A stretch of 64,000 nt of DNA from an uncultured Candidatus Saccharibacteria bacterium (GTDB lineage: Bacteria; Patescibacteriota; Minisyncoccia; UBA6257; Colwellbacteraceae): contig CAYHTW010000001.1 of NCBI GenBank assembly GCA_964360065.1, forward strand, positions 86,289-150,288. The letters are read 5' to 3'. Positions within the stretch are counted from its first letter, which is position 1. Each line of letters opens with the position of its first letter. Below are positions 8,425 through 20,876 of the stretch, piece after piece. The notes under the pieces are model-generated. The model was not told the DNA's origin and did not search any database. It was given only the letters and a program-made list of their open reading frames with translations. A program made the translations under genes and the position numbers.

Positions 8425-9564
8425 TCACCTTAATCGGGCCTTAAATTGAGAGGCTGTTTGCCTGTAAATTTCGTCCTGAATGGCATCAACTTCCTCGCTT
8501 TTAAGAGTTCTATCTGTGCTTCTATATACGATACGATAGGTATAGCTGGATGTATCTGAACCAAATTTTTCTGGATCCTCATACTTATCAATCTGCTCAA
8601 CTTCTTCCACAATATTTCCACCAATATCACGAATAAGATCAAAATAATTATTAGGCACAAAATCATTACTTACGACGAAAGAGATGTCTCGCGTGATCGG
8701 CGGATACTTTGAAACTTCTTTATAAATATTCCCAAGCTTAAGTTGTTTTTTGACGCGCTCGTCTTCGGACCACAGTAATCTGATATCCGGCAATTCCATA
8801 CTAACGATAGCTAGTCTCTCCAACCCGAAGCCAAATGCCCAGCCAGTGTAGTTTGAGGAATCCACACCTAGCTTTTCTAAAACACTCCCTTTTACTACCC
8901 CGCTGCCAAGAACTTCAACCCAACTGCCATTCTTATCTACCTCCATTTCAATACTTGGGTGCGTATAAGGAAAAGTATCTTCGTTGAAGCGATATTTAAC
9001 GTCCCCACCAAACACCGCTTGAGCAATCTTCAGTAAAATATTTTTTAGGTCGTCAACCGTGATGGTCTTTTGGTCTTTAGGGATAAGATAATAACCATCC
9101 ATCTGATGAAACACATTCATGTGATGCCGGTCAATTTCATCCTTGCGGTATACCTTACCGTATGTCAGTACCCCAAGCGGTACGTTTTGCCGTACTTTTT
9201 CCTTAGCATGTTCAGAAATTAGATAGTAGTACCAGGATATTGTAGTGTGAGGGCGTAATATATATTCTTTATCCACGTAATAAGTATCTGAAGTGCTCCT
9301 CGCTGGATGGTCAGCCGGAAAATTAAACAAATCAAAGCTCTGTGCCGCCGGCACGATTTCCGGAACTTGGACAACGTCGAAGCTCTTAAAATCTGGTAGA
9401 TTAATGATTCGCTCGGCCAACTCATAGATTGGACTGCCAGGTGTCCTAGAGAGATCTGGCATTTTCAAAAAACGCTTCATTCGGTCAGCTTCAACGTCGC
9501 TCCTACTCTCTAGTAAAGACGTGATGCTCTTTTGCTCTTTTTCTGAATCTATTTTTATATCCAT
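8425..9564 (-). CDS. pheS: Single-chain (mitochondrial-type) phenylalanine--tRNA ligase: catalytic domain plus FDX-ACB anticodon-binding domain
   Basis: FDLFNFPADHPAR, YRKDEID..H..VFHQ, FPYTHPS, GWAFGFGLERLA, PDIRLLWSED, then SKYPPITRDISF. Confidence 0.9.
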   Translation of the reverse strand: MDIKIDSEKEQKSITSLLESRSDVEADRMKRFLKMPDLSRTPGSPIYELAERIINLPDFKSFDVVQVPEIVPAAQSFDLFNFPADHPARSTSDTYYVDKEYILRPHTTISWYYYLISEHAKEKVRQNVPLGVLTYGKVYRKDEIDRHHMNVFHQMDGYYLIPKDQKTITVDDLKNILLKIAQAVFGGDVKYRFNEDTFPYTHPSIEMEVDKNGSWVEVLGSGVVKGSVLEKLGVDSSNYTGWAFGFGLERLAIVSMELPDIRLLWSEDERVKKQLKLGNIYKEVSKYPPITRDISFVVSNDFVPNNYFDLIRDIGGNIVEEVEQIDKYEDPEKFGSDTSSYTYRIVYRSTDRTLKSEEVDAIQDEIYRQTASQFKARLR

Positions 9565-9634
9565 GACTTCAATGATAATGGTTTAAATTAGCTTTGACAA
9601 ATCACGTTTTAAGACCTAATATGGGCAATACTAT

Positions 9635-9705
9635 AGCGGGTTGGAGGAACGGTACCTCGAAAGCCTCATAAGCTTTAGGAGCGGGTTCAATTCCCGCACC
9701 CGCAA
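9635..9705 (+). tRNA. tRNA-Met(CAT), probably initiator type
   Basis: Cloverleaf; anticodon loop CTCATAA; 1:72 mismatch and A11:U24; CCA not encoded. Confidence 0.88.
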
Positions 9706-9709
9706 CATA

Positions 9710-9891
9710 TATTCGCTAGAATTATCTTCATCTAAGCCCGCTGCGCTCGTCCGGCGACTCTCCGCCAGCTGGCGGATTAGTCCTCGTTGCGAACCGTTCG
9801 TAGCTACGAACGGGCCATGCTTCGCAACTGCGGAGGCTTTAGAAAAGATAATTCTCGCTCACTTACCTAACTACTCCGTGGGTTTCGAATA
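9710..9891. repeat. Nested inverted-repeat element downstream of tRNA-Met
   Basis: AGAATTATCTT/AAGATAATTCT, GTTGCGAA/TTCGCAAC, perfect CCGTTCGTAGCTACGAACGG, and TCCGCCAGCTGGCGGA at 9761. Confidence 0.75.
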
Positions 9892-9918
9892 AAAAGAAAT
9901 ATTCCTCACTAACCTAAA

Positions 9919-12345
<2,427 letters not shown>

Positions 12346-12353
<8 letters not shown>

Positions 12354-12903
12354 TGATATCTGATTCGCTTACTCTGGCACTGACCGTTGTTTGTAGATTA
12401 ACGTCTATGTTTCGCGGACCCGCAATGGAAATAACCAGAGTGACGCGGGGTGAGAACTGGTCCGAAGCATCAACGCCTGTAACTATCACCTTAAATCTCT
12501 TCACCTTCACTTCCGGAGCCGTGATGGCACTCCATGTACTGCCTCCGTCTTTGGACAGTAAAAGGCATCCGACGGCACCAACAGCCTGACCACAGGCGAC
12601 ACTATCACTATTCTCCAGTTTATAGAGAACTACTTCATTTTTATAGTTAACAAACCACAGAACATCAGCGGTGGACTGCTGGAAACTGTAGCCGGTACGA
12701 ATTTCTCTGCCGATTTGCTCTATCGCTTGAGTGGCGTTGTTATTGGCGGCGGAGAGTTCTGTAATAATCCTCTGCATTCTAAGAGTTTCGAGGAATGTGC
12801 CGGTTGCCACTCCAATCAAAATCAGGAACATAGACATAGCCACCATCAGCTCAATTACAGTGAATCCAGCGCTATTTTTCATATTTACATTCATCATCTC
12901 CAA
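12346..12903 (-). CDS. Minor pilin (PilW-like)
   Basis: GFTVIELMVAM N-methylation motif. Confidence 0.85.
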
Positions 12904-13445
12904 TTATAAAAATGGTCTTCCAGATTAATTTCGAATTTAGCCCCAGCGCTGATTTTATAAGTAACTACTGAATTAACCTGTATCTCGTCTTCGGGAGCGT
13001 TCGTAATAGTTACAACGCGCCTATAAACACTCTGGTTGCCAGTATCGGTATCGTAGCTATAAAGACCGGTAGCCGGATCGTAGAAAAGATATTTATTCTC
13101 GCTACCGTTGACTAGGGTCGTGCTGTTGTATTGGATGCCGTAATACTTTGCCTCGGTAACCGCAAAACCGTAATTCCAAGCCCTACCGTTAATGAGGTTA
13201 GCGTCAAGAATGTTCTTTGTGACTTCTATGCCTTCGGCAGCCAGGTTGATAGCCACATACTCCTGGGCGGCTGTGTGATACATGTTAAGAGATCTGGAAA
13301 TAAGCACGAAAATGCCAAGCAAACCCACTACCATAATGCTGGTGGCGACAGTAGCCTCTATAATCAGCTGGCCCGCCTTGCTGCGAGACAGGTCCTTTTT
13401 ATTTTGTTGAGATTTTGCCTGCATTATCAATTTTAACCAAAACAT
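12894..13445 (-). CDS. Minor pilin (PilV-like); true start may be slightly downstream
   Basis: AGQLIIEATVA class III signal; AINLAAEGIE. Confidence 0.8.
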   Translation of the reverse strand: MFWLKLIMQAKSQQNKKDLSRSKAGQLIIEATVATSIMVVGLLGIFVLISRSLNMYHTAAQEYVAINLAAEGIEVTKNILDANLINGRAWNYGFAVTEAKYYGIQYNSTTLVNGSENKYLFYDPATGLYSYDTDTGNQSVYRRVVTITNAPEDEIQVNSVVTYKISAGAKFEINLEDHFYNWR

Positions 13446-13995
13446 TTAAACTTTTATCTTTACTCTGCAAAGTCACCTTAGCTGACTGCAAAGACGGATC
13501 GGCGTTAGCGTTAACGAATACAGTTGGATCAGGCGGAACAAATAAAACGTCAGTTAAAGTAGTGTCGTCGCCAAACTGAACAGTGGTGTCTGGGACAGAG
13601 AAAACATCCAGTGTGCTGGTCAGCTTAACGTCGTCTTTGTCGTCATATACATAGCGGCGCGCAGGGTCATCTGCGGAACAATCAACTGCCGAGTCTCTAA
13701 AGATGAACACTTGTCCGACTCCCCTATTAACATGCACTCCATAACCGCAAATCTTAGATGCGGCAGGATCCGTAGGCAAATCCTTTTCATCAATGAGATT
13801 TTCATCAACAAAAGTAGCCACGCTTAAAGATTTAGCCCTAGAGATAAGATTAATGACTTTGGCCTGACTGCTTATTAAAAGTAGCTGCCGGCCAGACTCT
13901 CTAGCATAACCTATGAGTATCGCGGAAAGCACCAAAGTAATGCTCATCACGACGAGCATCTCTATAAGGCTAAATCCACCCCTAGGTTTCAACAT
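13399..13995 (-). CDS. Minor pilin (FimT/FimU-like)
   Basis: GFSLIEMLVV motif. Confidence 0.85.
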   Translation of the reverse strand: MLKPRGGFSLIEMLVVMSITLVLSAILIGYARESGRQLLLISSQAKVINLISRAKSLSVATFVDENLIDEKDLPTDPAASKICGYGVHVNRGVGQVFIFRDSAVDCSADDPARRYVYDDKDDVKLTSTLDVFSVPDTTVQFGDDTTLTDVLFVPPDPTVFVNANADPSLQSAKVTLQSKDKSLNVLVKIDNAGKISTK

Positions 13996-14022
13996 AATCT
14001 TACTTAATTATAAGCTAAGAGG

Positions 14023-14907
14023 TTAGAAGTTTAACAGACCGAAGAAATCAAAATAACCTCGCATCAACTCATGCCCGAACAGATATATAAGAACCGTGGC
14101 CAGGGCCATAAATGGTCCGAAGGGTATAAAATCTTTCATAGTCTTAAGGCGCAACCCGATAAGAACAAGGCTGAATAAAGCTCCTATAATAAAAGAAGAG
14201 ACAAGGGCCAGAGCTGCATCCGGATAACCCATAAAGAATCCTATGGCCCCGGCAAGCTTTACATCCCCCAGGCCTATCCCCCTGCCACGCGACAATAAAA
14301 ACAACCCTCCGAATAAAACTAGGCCGAACAGGGCCCCGGAGAGATGGTTCCAAGGGAGGTTGGTACTACCTGGGAAGATGAGAGCGTAGTTCCCCAATAA
14401 TGACCACCCCCCTACCTCCGAAGATATTGATGCAGGATAGAAATATTGCGCGGTGATGAGGAGAAGTCCGGAGATAACAATAAAGATATTCACTCCATCC
14501 GGTATTAATCTCTCACGGAAATCTATAACAGACATTACTAACAGAGAGAAAAGAACTCCAGACCAGATAATCATCATTAAATACGGCAAGAGAGAAATAT
14601 CATAGATAGAATAGAATTTGAAGAAAACCAGAATAAATATGAGACCTCCCAAGAATTCTACGAGAGGATATTGAATAGTGAGCTTAACTCCGCAGGAACG
14701 GCACTTTCCACGCTGAATAAGAAAACTGAAGATGGGGATCAGTTCATACCAATTTAAGGTTTTACGGCAATGCGGACATCGAGAACGGCCCATAGCATTC
14801 TTCAGAATGGCATCGTGAACCGAATCATACCGAAGTATGAGTACATTAAGAAAACTTCCGAAAGACGTTCCCGCGATAAAGAGAAAAAAATAAATTAATG
14901 GAGACAC
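14023..14907 (-). CDS. pilD: Prepilin peptidase
   Basis: GSFLNV, RSRCPHC, GKCRSC, GLGDVKL, IPFGPF. Confidence 0.95.
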   Translation of the reverse strand: MSPLIYFFLFIAGTSFGSFLNVLILRYDSVHDAILKNAMGRSRCPHCRKTLNWYELIPIFSFLIQRGKCRSCGVKLTIQYPLVEFLGGLIFILVFFKFYSIYDISLLPYLMMIIWSGVLFSLLVMSVIDFRERLIPDGVNIFIVISGLLLITAQYFYPASISSEVGGWSLLGNYALIFPGSTNLPWNHLSGALFGLVLFGGLFLLSRGRGIGLGDVKLAGAIGFFMGYPDAALALVSSFIIGALFSLVLIGLRLKTMKDFIPFGPFMALATVLIYLFGHELMRGYFDFFGLLNF

Positions 14908-14920
14908 TGGTATCTATAAT

Positions 14921-15385
14921 TTAGGAATGGATACAGTACTGTCGAGCAGTTTTATCACAAGTGCTGCCAAATTCGCTGCCTGTGTAGCTTTCTTTCAAGA
15001 TGCTCTTGCTGTCGGTTTGTAACTTGGTGCCTAAAACATAGTTAGATCCGTCGGTCCAGTAAGAATATATAGCGCCGGGAACAGGGTCTTCGGGGAAACG
15101 GCTAGGATCAACGATGCCAGCCAAGGCCGTTTCTAATTGAGTCCAAGTGAGGGAAGAAGCAGAAGAACAATCGGCGTTGCCTGGGTAGCGATCGCACCTG
15201 CTGAAATAAATCTCCAGATAGCCTTGGACATTCTTTAAGTCTCCGACACGGCGAGTGTCATTGGCGGTTTGTCTGGAGCTGTTCAAGGCCGCAAAGGCGA
15301 GTCCCGACATAAGTGCGATGATTGACAAAGAAATGAGCAACTCAATAAGCGTAAACCCAGATCTTTTGTTGTTTATATTTTTCAT
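14921..15385 (-). CDS. Type IV pilin / GspG-like pilin
   Basis: GFTLIELLI, D.RR..DL, C-terminal cysteines. Confidence 0.88.
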   Translation of the reverse strand: MKNINNKRSGFTLIELLISLSIIALMSGLAFAALNSSRQTANDTRRVGDLKNVQGYLEIYFSRCDRYPGNADCSSASSLTWTQLETALAGIVDPSRFPEDPVPGAIYSYWTDGSNYVLGTKLQTDSKSILKESYTGSEFGSTCDKTARQYCIHS

Positions 15386-15399
15386 GTTTATTTTTTGTT

Positions 15400-16608
15400 T
15401 TAAAAAGATTGAGCGAGGTTATAAATCGGAACTAGTATCGAAGCGAAGAGCCCACCTACCAAGACACCTATAACCAGCATCAACGCAGGCTGTATTAATT
15501 CTACCAAATTACCCAACAAGCTATCAACCTCTCTTGTGTAGAATGATGAGATACGGCCCAAAAGCTCTTCCAAACGTCCCGTGGACTCTCCGATAGCTAT
15601 CATTTGAGACACTAGTGGCGGGAAAAACTCTTCGTTTTTGCTAAGAGACTGCGATAAAAGTTCACCACGTCTTACGTCTTCGGCAACTTGGCGTAAAAGA
15701 TCCCGGTAGATGGTGCTACCCACCGTGACGCTGGATATTTCAAGGGTTTGCGAGATTGGAATGCCGCCTTTAATAAGAATACTTACAGACTCGGCAAAAC
15801 GAGCCACATAAAGCTGTTTTAATATCTTGCCGAAGATTGGCGTCCTCAAAGTTATTTCGTCTATGATACCCCTGCCTTCGGGAGTCCTGAAGTAATCAGC
15901 TATTAACACGAAGCTTCCTAAAAGAACTAGGATAATGGCCCACCACCAGGCGGCAATGAACTTACCTAAAACGAGAATCACTTTAGTGTAGGTTGGGATA
16001 TCAACGCCCGCTTCTAGGAAAATTGGTTCTATCTGAGGCAAAACTACCGCTGCCATAACACCCACCACAACCAAGAAAAGTAGTATAACTACCGCCGGAT
16101 AAATCAGGGCATTTTTAACTTTACTGGTAATAGCTACTTCTTTTTCCGTATAGTCAGCCAGGTAATTAGTGGCTTCCTCCATACGACCCGTAATTTCAGC
16201 TGAACGGATCAAGTTTACGTAGAAAGGAGAAAAAATGTTGCCGTATTTTTCCAATGATTGTGAAAGAGAAAGTCCTGCATCAACGTCGGAAATTATCTCA
16301 AAGACGGTGTTTTTAAGAATCGGGTGCTTAGTCTGCTTTTCCAGTGTCCGCAGAGATTCCGAAAGCGGAATCTTGGCCGAAAGCAGAGTAGCAAATTGCC
16401 TAGTGAAGACCATTAGGTCTTTGCCGCTGACTCTTTCCAGAAAACCAAAAAGTCCCTCATACCAGGCTTTTTTCTCGCTGTACTGGAGTGTGAGAATAAA
16501 AAGATCGTGAGAAGACAAGGTATTCACGGCCGCCTCGCGGGTAGGCGCCTCTATAAAACCAACCTGCAACTCCCCTTCTTTGGTTCTGGCTTTGTATTGA
16601 AGTTTCAT
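15400..16608 (-). CDS. pilC: Type IV pilus platform protein (GspF family)
   Basis: FTRQFATLL, ALIYP, IGESTGRL, IQPALM. Confidence 0.93.
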   Translation of the reverse strand: MKLQYKARTKEGELQVGFIEAPTREAAVNTLSSHDLFILTLQYSEKKAWYEGLFGFLERVSGKDLMVFTRQFATLLSAKIPLSESLRTLEKQTKHPILKNTVFEIISDVDAGLSLSQSLEKYGNIFSPFYVNLIRSAEITGRMEEATNYLADYTEKEVAITSKVKNALIYPAVVILLFLVVVGVMAAVVLPQIEPIFLEAGVDIPTYTKVILVLGKFIAAWWWAIILVLLGSFVLIADYFRTPEGRGIIDEITLRTPIFGKILKQLYVARFAESVSILIKGGIPISQTLEISSVTVGSTIYRDLLRQVAEDVRRGELLSQSLSKNEEFFPPLVSQMIAIGESTGRLEELLGRISSFYTREVDSLLGNLVELIQPALMLVIGVLVGGLFASILVPIYNLAQSF

Positions 16609-16615
16609 GCCAGTA

Positions 16616-17686
16616 TTAAACTCTTTCCAGAAGAATTCTTAATTCGCTTGGATTGACCGAGTAGAGCTCGGCATTTTCCAAAGAAATTTCCTTCCTTCTG
16701 ACGAGTTCAGCCAAAGACCGGTTTAGAGTCGTCATACCTTCCTGCAAACTGGTCTCAATAACCAAGTCTATCTGATAAGTCTTTCTTTCCCTGATAAGGT
16801 TTCTGATGGCGGAATTAACAAACATAACTTCACAGACTGGTACTCTACCTCCTTCAATACGAGGCACCAACCTCTGAGATACGATAGCTACAAGAGTTGC
16901 CGCCAGTTGGGAAGTAATCTGCCCCTGCTGATCAGCGGGGAAAGAGTCAATGATACGGTCTATGGTTTGAGCGGCTGAATTAGTGTGCAACGTCGAGAAA
17001 ACTAAGTGACCTGTTTCGGAAGCGGTCATAGCGGTAGCAATGGATTCTGAGTCTCTCATTTCACCGATCATAATGACGTCGGGGTCCTGACGGAGCAGAG
17101 ATCGGAGAGAGCGGTGGAAGCTCGGGCTATCTGTTCTAATTTCTCTCTGGGAAACGATAGACCTGTCCTGGACGAATAAATATTCTATGGGGTCTTCAAT
17201 GGTGATAATGTGGTCAGTACGTTTATGGTTAACCTCATCAAGTAAAGCAGCCAAAGTGGTTGATTTGCCGTTTCCCGCCGGGCCCACCACCAAAACGAAA
17301 CCTTGGTTAAGTTTAGTCAGTTCGTGAAGTATCGGAGGCAAATTAAGTTCTTCAACAGTTTTAATTTCGCCAGCGATCAAGCGCAAAGCGGCAGCCATAA
17401 AACCTCTCTGGAAAAAGACATTAGCGCGAAACCTGGCTTTATCTTCGTAAGCATACGAGAAGTCAACGTCCCCGTACTTTATCATCTTATCTTTCTGCTC
17501 TGGAGTCAGAAGCGCCAATATTAACCCTTGGGTATCTTCTGGAGTAAGGATATTTTCTTTTTGTAGGGCAACTAAGATCCCGTCAATTCGAAGAGTCGGA
17601 CGGCGACCGACCGCCAAGTGCAAGTCAGAGGCGTTTTGTCTCGCTGTAGTGAGGAGTAGTTCGTTTAATTTTTCCTTGTAATCCAT
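16616..17686 (-). CDS. pilT: Type IV pilus retraction ATPase
   Basis: ASDLHL, GPAGNGKSTT, TIEDPIE, LRQDPD, ETGHLVFSTLHT, AIRNLIRE. Confidence 0.95.
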   Translation of the reverse strand: MDYKEKLNELLLTTARQNASDLHLAVGRRPTLRIDGILVALQKENILTPEDTQGLILALLTPEQKDKMIKYGDVDFSYAYEDKARFRANVFFQRGFMAAALRLIAGEIKTVEELNLPPILHELTKLNQGFVLVVGPAGNGKSTTLAALLDEVNHKRTDHIITIEDPIEYLFVQDRSIVSQREIRTDSPSFHRSLRSLLRQDPDVIMIGEMRDSESIATAMTASETGHLVFSTLHTNSAAQTIDRIIDSFPADQQGQITSQLAATLVAIVSQRLVPRIEGGRVPVCEVMFVNSAIRNLIRERKTYQIDLVIETSLQEGMTTLNRSLAELVRRKEISLENAELYSVNPSELRILLERV

Positions 17687-17743
17687 ATTGGTTTTAATTA
17701 TAGCTTATCTTATCGAGACTTAGCCATTTGTCGGCCATTCTTA

Positions 17744-19492
17744 CTAATTGTTATCGCTCGCAGCACTCTCTCTTATTACTTCTTCCATGGAAACAATACC
17801 GCCCAAGGCTTTAATAATACCGTCCTGACGCATAGTGAGCATACCTTGCCTCTTGGCCTCGTCTCTAATCTTGCCTTCCACCGGAGAGCTATTAATAATA
17901 TTCTCCAACTCTCTGGTCATACTGAAAACCTCAAAGAGCGCGATTCTGCCGATGGCTCCTTTATTCTTACAAACGGGACAGCCCGGAGCATGATAAATTT
18001 GATAGGGCTCTTTGTATTTTATCCTGGCACGGTCTTCGGGGTTGATGCCGGCAATTTCGTCTTTAATAATTTTAGCAATGTCGGGAGGAGCAGCTTCGGC
18101 CTTCTTGCAGTTATCACAAAGACGGCGCACCAGTCTTTGAGAAAGCATCACGTTAAGGGTTGATGGCAAAAGGAACGGCTCAACTCCCATATCAACCAAA
18201 CGCGGGATAACACCAACGGCGTTGTTGGTGTGGAGAGTGGAAAGAACAATCTGACCCGTAAGGGCGGCTTGCACGGCGAGTTTAGCGGTATCGGTGTCAC
18301 GGATTTCACCAACCATAATAATGTCAGGGTCTTGACGCACGATTTGTCTTAAGCCGGAAACAAAGTCGTAACCGATTTCCGGGTGAACCTGAGACTGGTT
18401 CAAGCCTTCCACGAAATATTCCACCGGGTCTTCCAGGGACAAAACATTGACGTCTTCTTTATTAAGCTGGGTTAAGAGTGCGTATAAAGTCGTGGTCTTA
18501 CCGCTGCCGGTAGGGCCGGTGACCAAAATCATACCGTAAGGACGTTTGACGGCCGCCATCACCAAATCGGCTGCCCTGCCCGTAAGTCCCAAGTTACCGA
18601 CTCCCTTCAAACCAACGGTAGGGTCCAAAACACGGATAGCGACTTTCTCGCCAACTGGGGTAGGAAAAGTAGAAACACGGAAATCTATGTCGCGCCCGAA
18701 GACAACGGTTCTGAATCTGCCGTCCTGCGGGACTCTGGTCTCATCGATTTTCAGATTGGAAAGTATTTTAATCCTGGATATGATCGGCTGATGTATCTCC
18801 AATGGGAAAGAAGTTACTTCCTGGAGGGCGCCATCTATTCTGAACCTGACTCTCACTCTCGTGCGCTGTGGCTCTATGTGGATGTCGGATGCCCCTTCTT
18901 CTATAGCTGAGCGGAGTGTGGAGGCTACGATTTTAATAATCGGGGCTTCATCGGAGATGGAACCGCCTTCATCTACCGAGACTATCTTCTGGCCGAAGGA
19001 TAATCCGCTGCCGGGCTTGATATTCAAAGACTTGATAGCCTGCTGCACCTCGGACTTGTAAGGAGAGTATTTTCTAATTACTAGTTCAAAATCAGCCGGA
19101 GTGATGATGTAAACGCCAAGACTCAATTTATTTTGCTTAGCGATAAAACGTAGCGCTTCCTGGGCACGGACATCGGTGGGGTGAAGCATACCGGCGACAA
19201 GCATTTTGTCGTCACGGCTCAACGGGACAAAGCCATAGGTCGTGGCGGTTTCCAAGGGTATAACTTTAATAAGTTCTTCCGTTATCTCGTCAGGTTTAAT
19301 TTTTTTATAAGGAATACCTAAAATTTCCGATTTAGTTTTGGCTACGGAAACTTCGTCCAGCAGGTGCCTAGTGTAGAGAATGTCTTCAACTGATTTCCCT
19401 GTTTGCCCAGACTCCAAAATAAGTTTTTGACCCAGCTCCTCCGAGAGGAGAGTTTTTTTAATAAGAGCTTCTATAAGTTGCCTATCGTTCAT
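17744..19492 (-). CDS. pilB: Type IV pilus assembly ATPase (GspE/PilB)
   Basis: ASDIHIEP, PQDGR, GPTGSGKTTT, tetracysteine motif. Confidence 0.94.
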   Translation of the reverse strand: MNDRQLIEALIKKTLLSEELGQKLILESGQTGKSVEDILYTRHLLDEVSVAKTKSEILGIPYKKIKPDEITEELIKVIPLETATTYGFVPLSRDDKMLVAGMLHPTDVRAQEALRFIAKQNKLSLGVYIITPADFELVIRKYSPYKSEVQQAIKSLNIKPGSGLSFGQKIVSVDEGGSISDEAPIIKIVASTLRSAIEEGASDIHIEPQRTRVRVRFRIDGALQEVTSFPLEIHQPIISRIKILSNLKIDETRVPQDGRFRTVVFGRDIDFRVSTFPTPVGEKVAIRVLDPTVGLKGVGNLGLTGRAADLVMAAVKRPYGMILVTGPTGSGKTTTLYALLTQLNKEDVNVLSLEDPVEYFVEGLNQSQVHPEIGYDFVSGLRQIVRQDPDIIMVGEIRDTDTAKLAVQAALTGQIVLSTLHTNNAVGVIPRLVDMGVEPFLLPSTLNVMLSQRLVRRLCDNCKKAEAAPPDIAKIIKDEIAGINPEDRARIKYKEPYQIYHAPGCPVCKNKGAIGRIALFEVFSMTRELENIINSSPVEGKIRDEAKRQGMLTMRQDGIIKALGGIVSMEEVIRESAASDNN

Positions 19493-19782
19493 CAGAACGG
19501 AGTGTATGGATTCTGACGACCGTAGAGGGTAGATGTAGGCGGGCCCACCAGTTGTTTCAGGGATTTATACACTGGTGAATCGGTAACATTAGAAACATCA
19601 AAGCTAATTTTGGAAACTTGCGCTACTGATTGCATTTCGGTAGACACAATTGCCTTTTCAATTCCCGGAGGTGACTTAAAAACGAAATACGTGCCGAGGC
19701 CAAGTACGGCCATCACTATCACTACTACGATTGTAATGAAGAGCGGGCTGTTATTTTTTTCTTGTTCAATTAGTATGGCCAT
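19492..19782 (-). CDS. Small membrane protein of the pilus operon (PilP-like position)
   Basis: N-terminal TM helix, C-terminal GRQNPYTPF, located between pilO and pilB. Confidence 0.6.
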   Translation of the reverse strand: MAILIEQEKNNSPLFITIVVVIVMAVLGLGTYFVFKSPPGIEKAIVSTEMQSVAQVSKISFDVSNVTDSPVYKSLKQLVGPPTSTLYGRQNPYTPF

Positions 19783-19788
19783 AATTTT

Positions 19789-20349
19789 TTATTGGTAATA
19801 TGTATCTATTATCAAACTATAGTTTAGCGCGGTTTTGCCCGCGGCTCCTCCTACATCAACACTTAAGGAGCTAACATCCATGAGTCTGATATTGGTTTCT
19901 AACCCTTCCAAATAGCCTTTCACGTTCCTGTAGTCACCGGTGAATTTAACCGTGATTCTTACGATACCCACGGGCTTAATAAGAGAATCCTTAGGAACGG
20001 CTTTGATGGGCGGGTACTGTAGCGACAAACCGGTAATAGTCATGTTATTAAGCCCAGCTATGCCCTGGATTTGCTGCACAATAGATGGCACCTCTTCTTG
20101 GATTGGCAGAACCGTAGAGATGCTGTTCTGGATATCGGTCAGGCTTTGATACTGTCCCAAAAGTTTATTAACCGCGTTGATAGCATCTCTCTGATCGTTC
20201 AAAAGATTTTCATCGGCCAGCTGCTTATCTTTCAGGGTCTGTATATCGGAATAGGTCGGCACCACAAAGTTGGAGTAAACAACCACCGCTCCGATAAGAA
20301 GTCCGATGCTCCCCAAAATACTTATTAACCTATAAGTTGATGATTTCAT
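19789..20349 (-). CDS. pilO: Type IV pilus alignment protein PilO
   Basis: TM helix, coiled coil, LP...E, G.Y.....L..LE...RL. Confidence 0.8.
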   Translation of the reverse strand: MKSSTYRLISILGSIGLLIGAVVVYSNFVVPTYSDIQTLKDKQLADENLLNDQRDAINAVNKLLGQYQSLTDIQNSISTVLPIQEEVPSIVQQIQGIAGLNNMTITGLSLQYPPIKAVPKDSLIKPVGIVRITVKFTGDYRNVKGYLEGLETNIRLMDVSSLSVDVGGAAGKTALNYSLIIDTYYQ

Positions 20350-20875
20350 TTTTGAAAGTAATTCTTAACGTGAATTTAACAGTTTTATCGGTAGCGGAAG
20401 AGTCGTCCAGTACAACTCTCTCTACCCAAGGCGAATTTTCATATAACGCCAGCTGTCCGGCCAAAACCTCATAAGAAGAAGCGTAGCCTTGAATCTTAAG
20501 AGTCTCGTCGGGGATGGTGAAATTAGTAGAAGTGTAAACGACTTTTTGGTCGGTAGCTGCTTCTATGAGAGGCAAAAGCTTGGAAGAAAGAACGTGCTTG
20601 GCAAGCATTCCCTTTAAGTTAGAAATCTGGGAGTAAAATTCAACGAAGTTACTTTGCTCGTCTGGAGAGATCTGAGTCGAAAGACTTTTTAACTCGTCTT
20701 CTGTTTTGATAATCTGTCCTTCTACATAAGGCTTATAGCCAAAAAGAAGTCCTAGGTAAGCAACGATGGAACATGCAAAAAGCAGGGAAAAAAGTATGAA
20801 CATACGCCACGGCCAGCCCACCGAGACGTGGTCTTTCAGAAATCTGTCGTTAGCTGTTTCTGTGTATTGAGCCAT
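20330..20875 (-). CDS. pilN: PilN-like alignment protein
   Basis: TM helix plus coiled coil plus IQGYA motif; lies between pilM and pilO. Confidence 0.7.
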   Translation of the reverse strand: MAQYTETANDRFLKDHVSVGWPWRMFILFSLLFACSIVAYLGLLFGYKPYVEGQIIKTEDELKSLSTQISPDEQSNFVEFYSQISNLKGMLAKHVLSSKLLPLIEAATDQKVVYTSTNFTIPDETLKIQGYASSYEVLAGQLALYENSPWVERVVLDDSSATDKTVKFTLRITFKNEIINL

Positions 20876-20876
20876 T

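Noticed and set aside
9641-9892. 83-aa ORF
   Set aside because: It overlaps tRNA-Met and the hairpin element and has no protein motifs.
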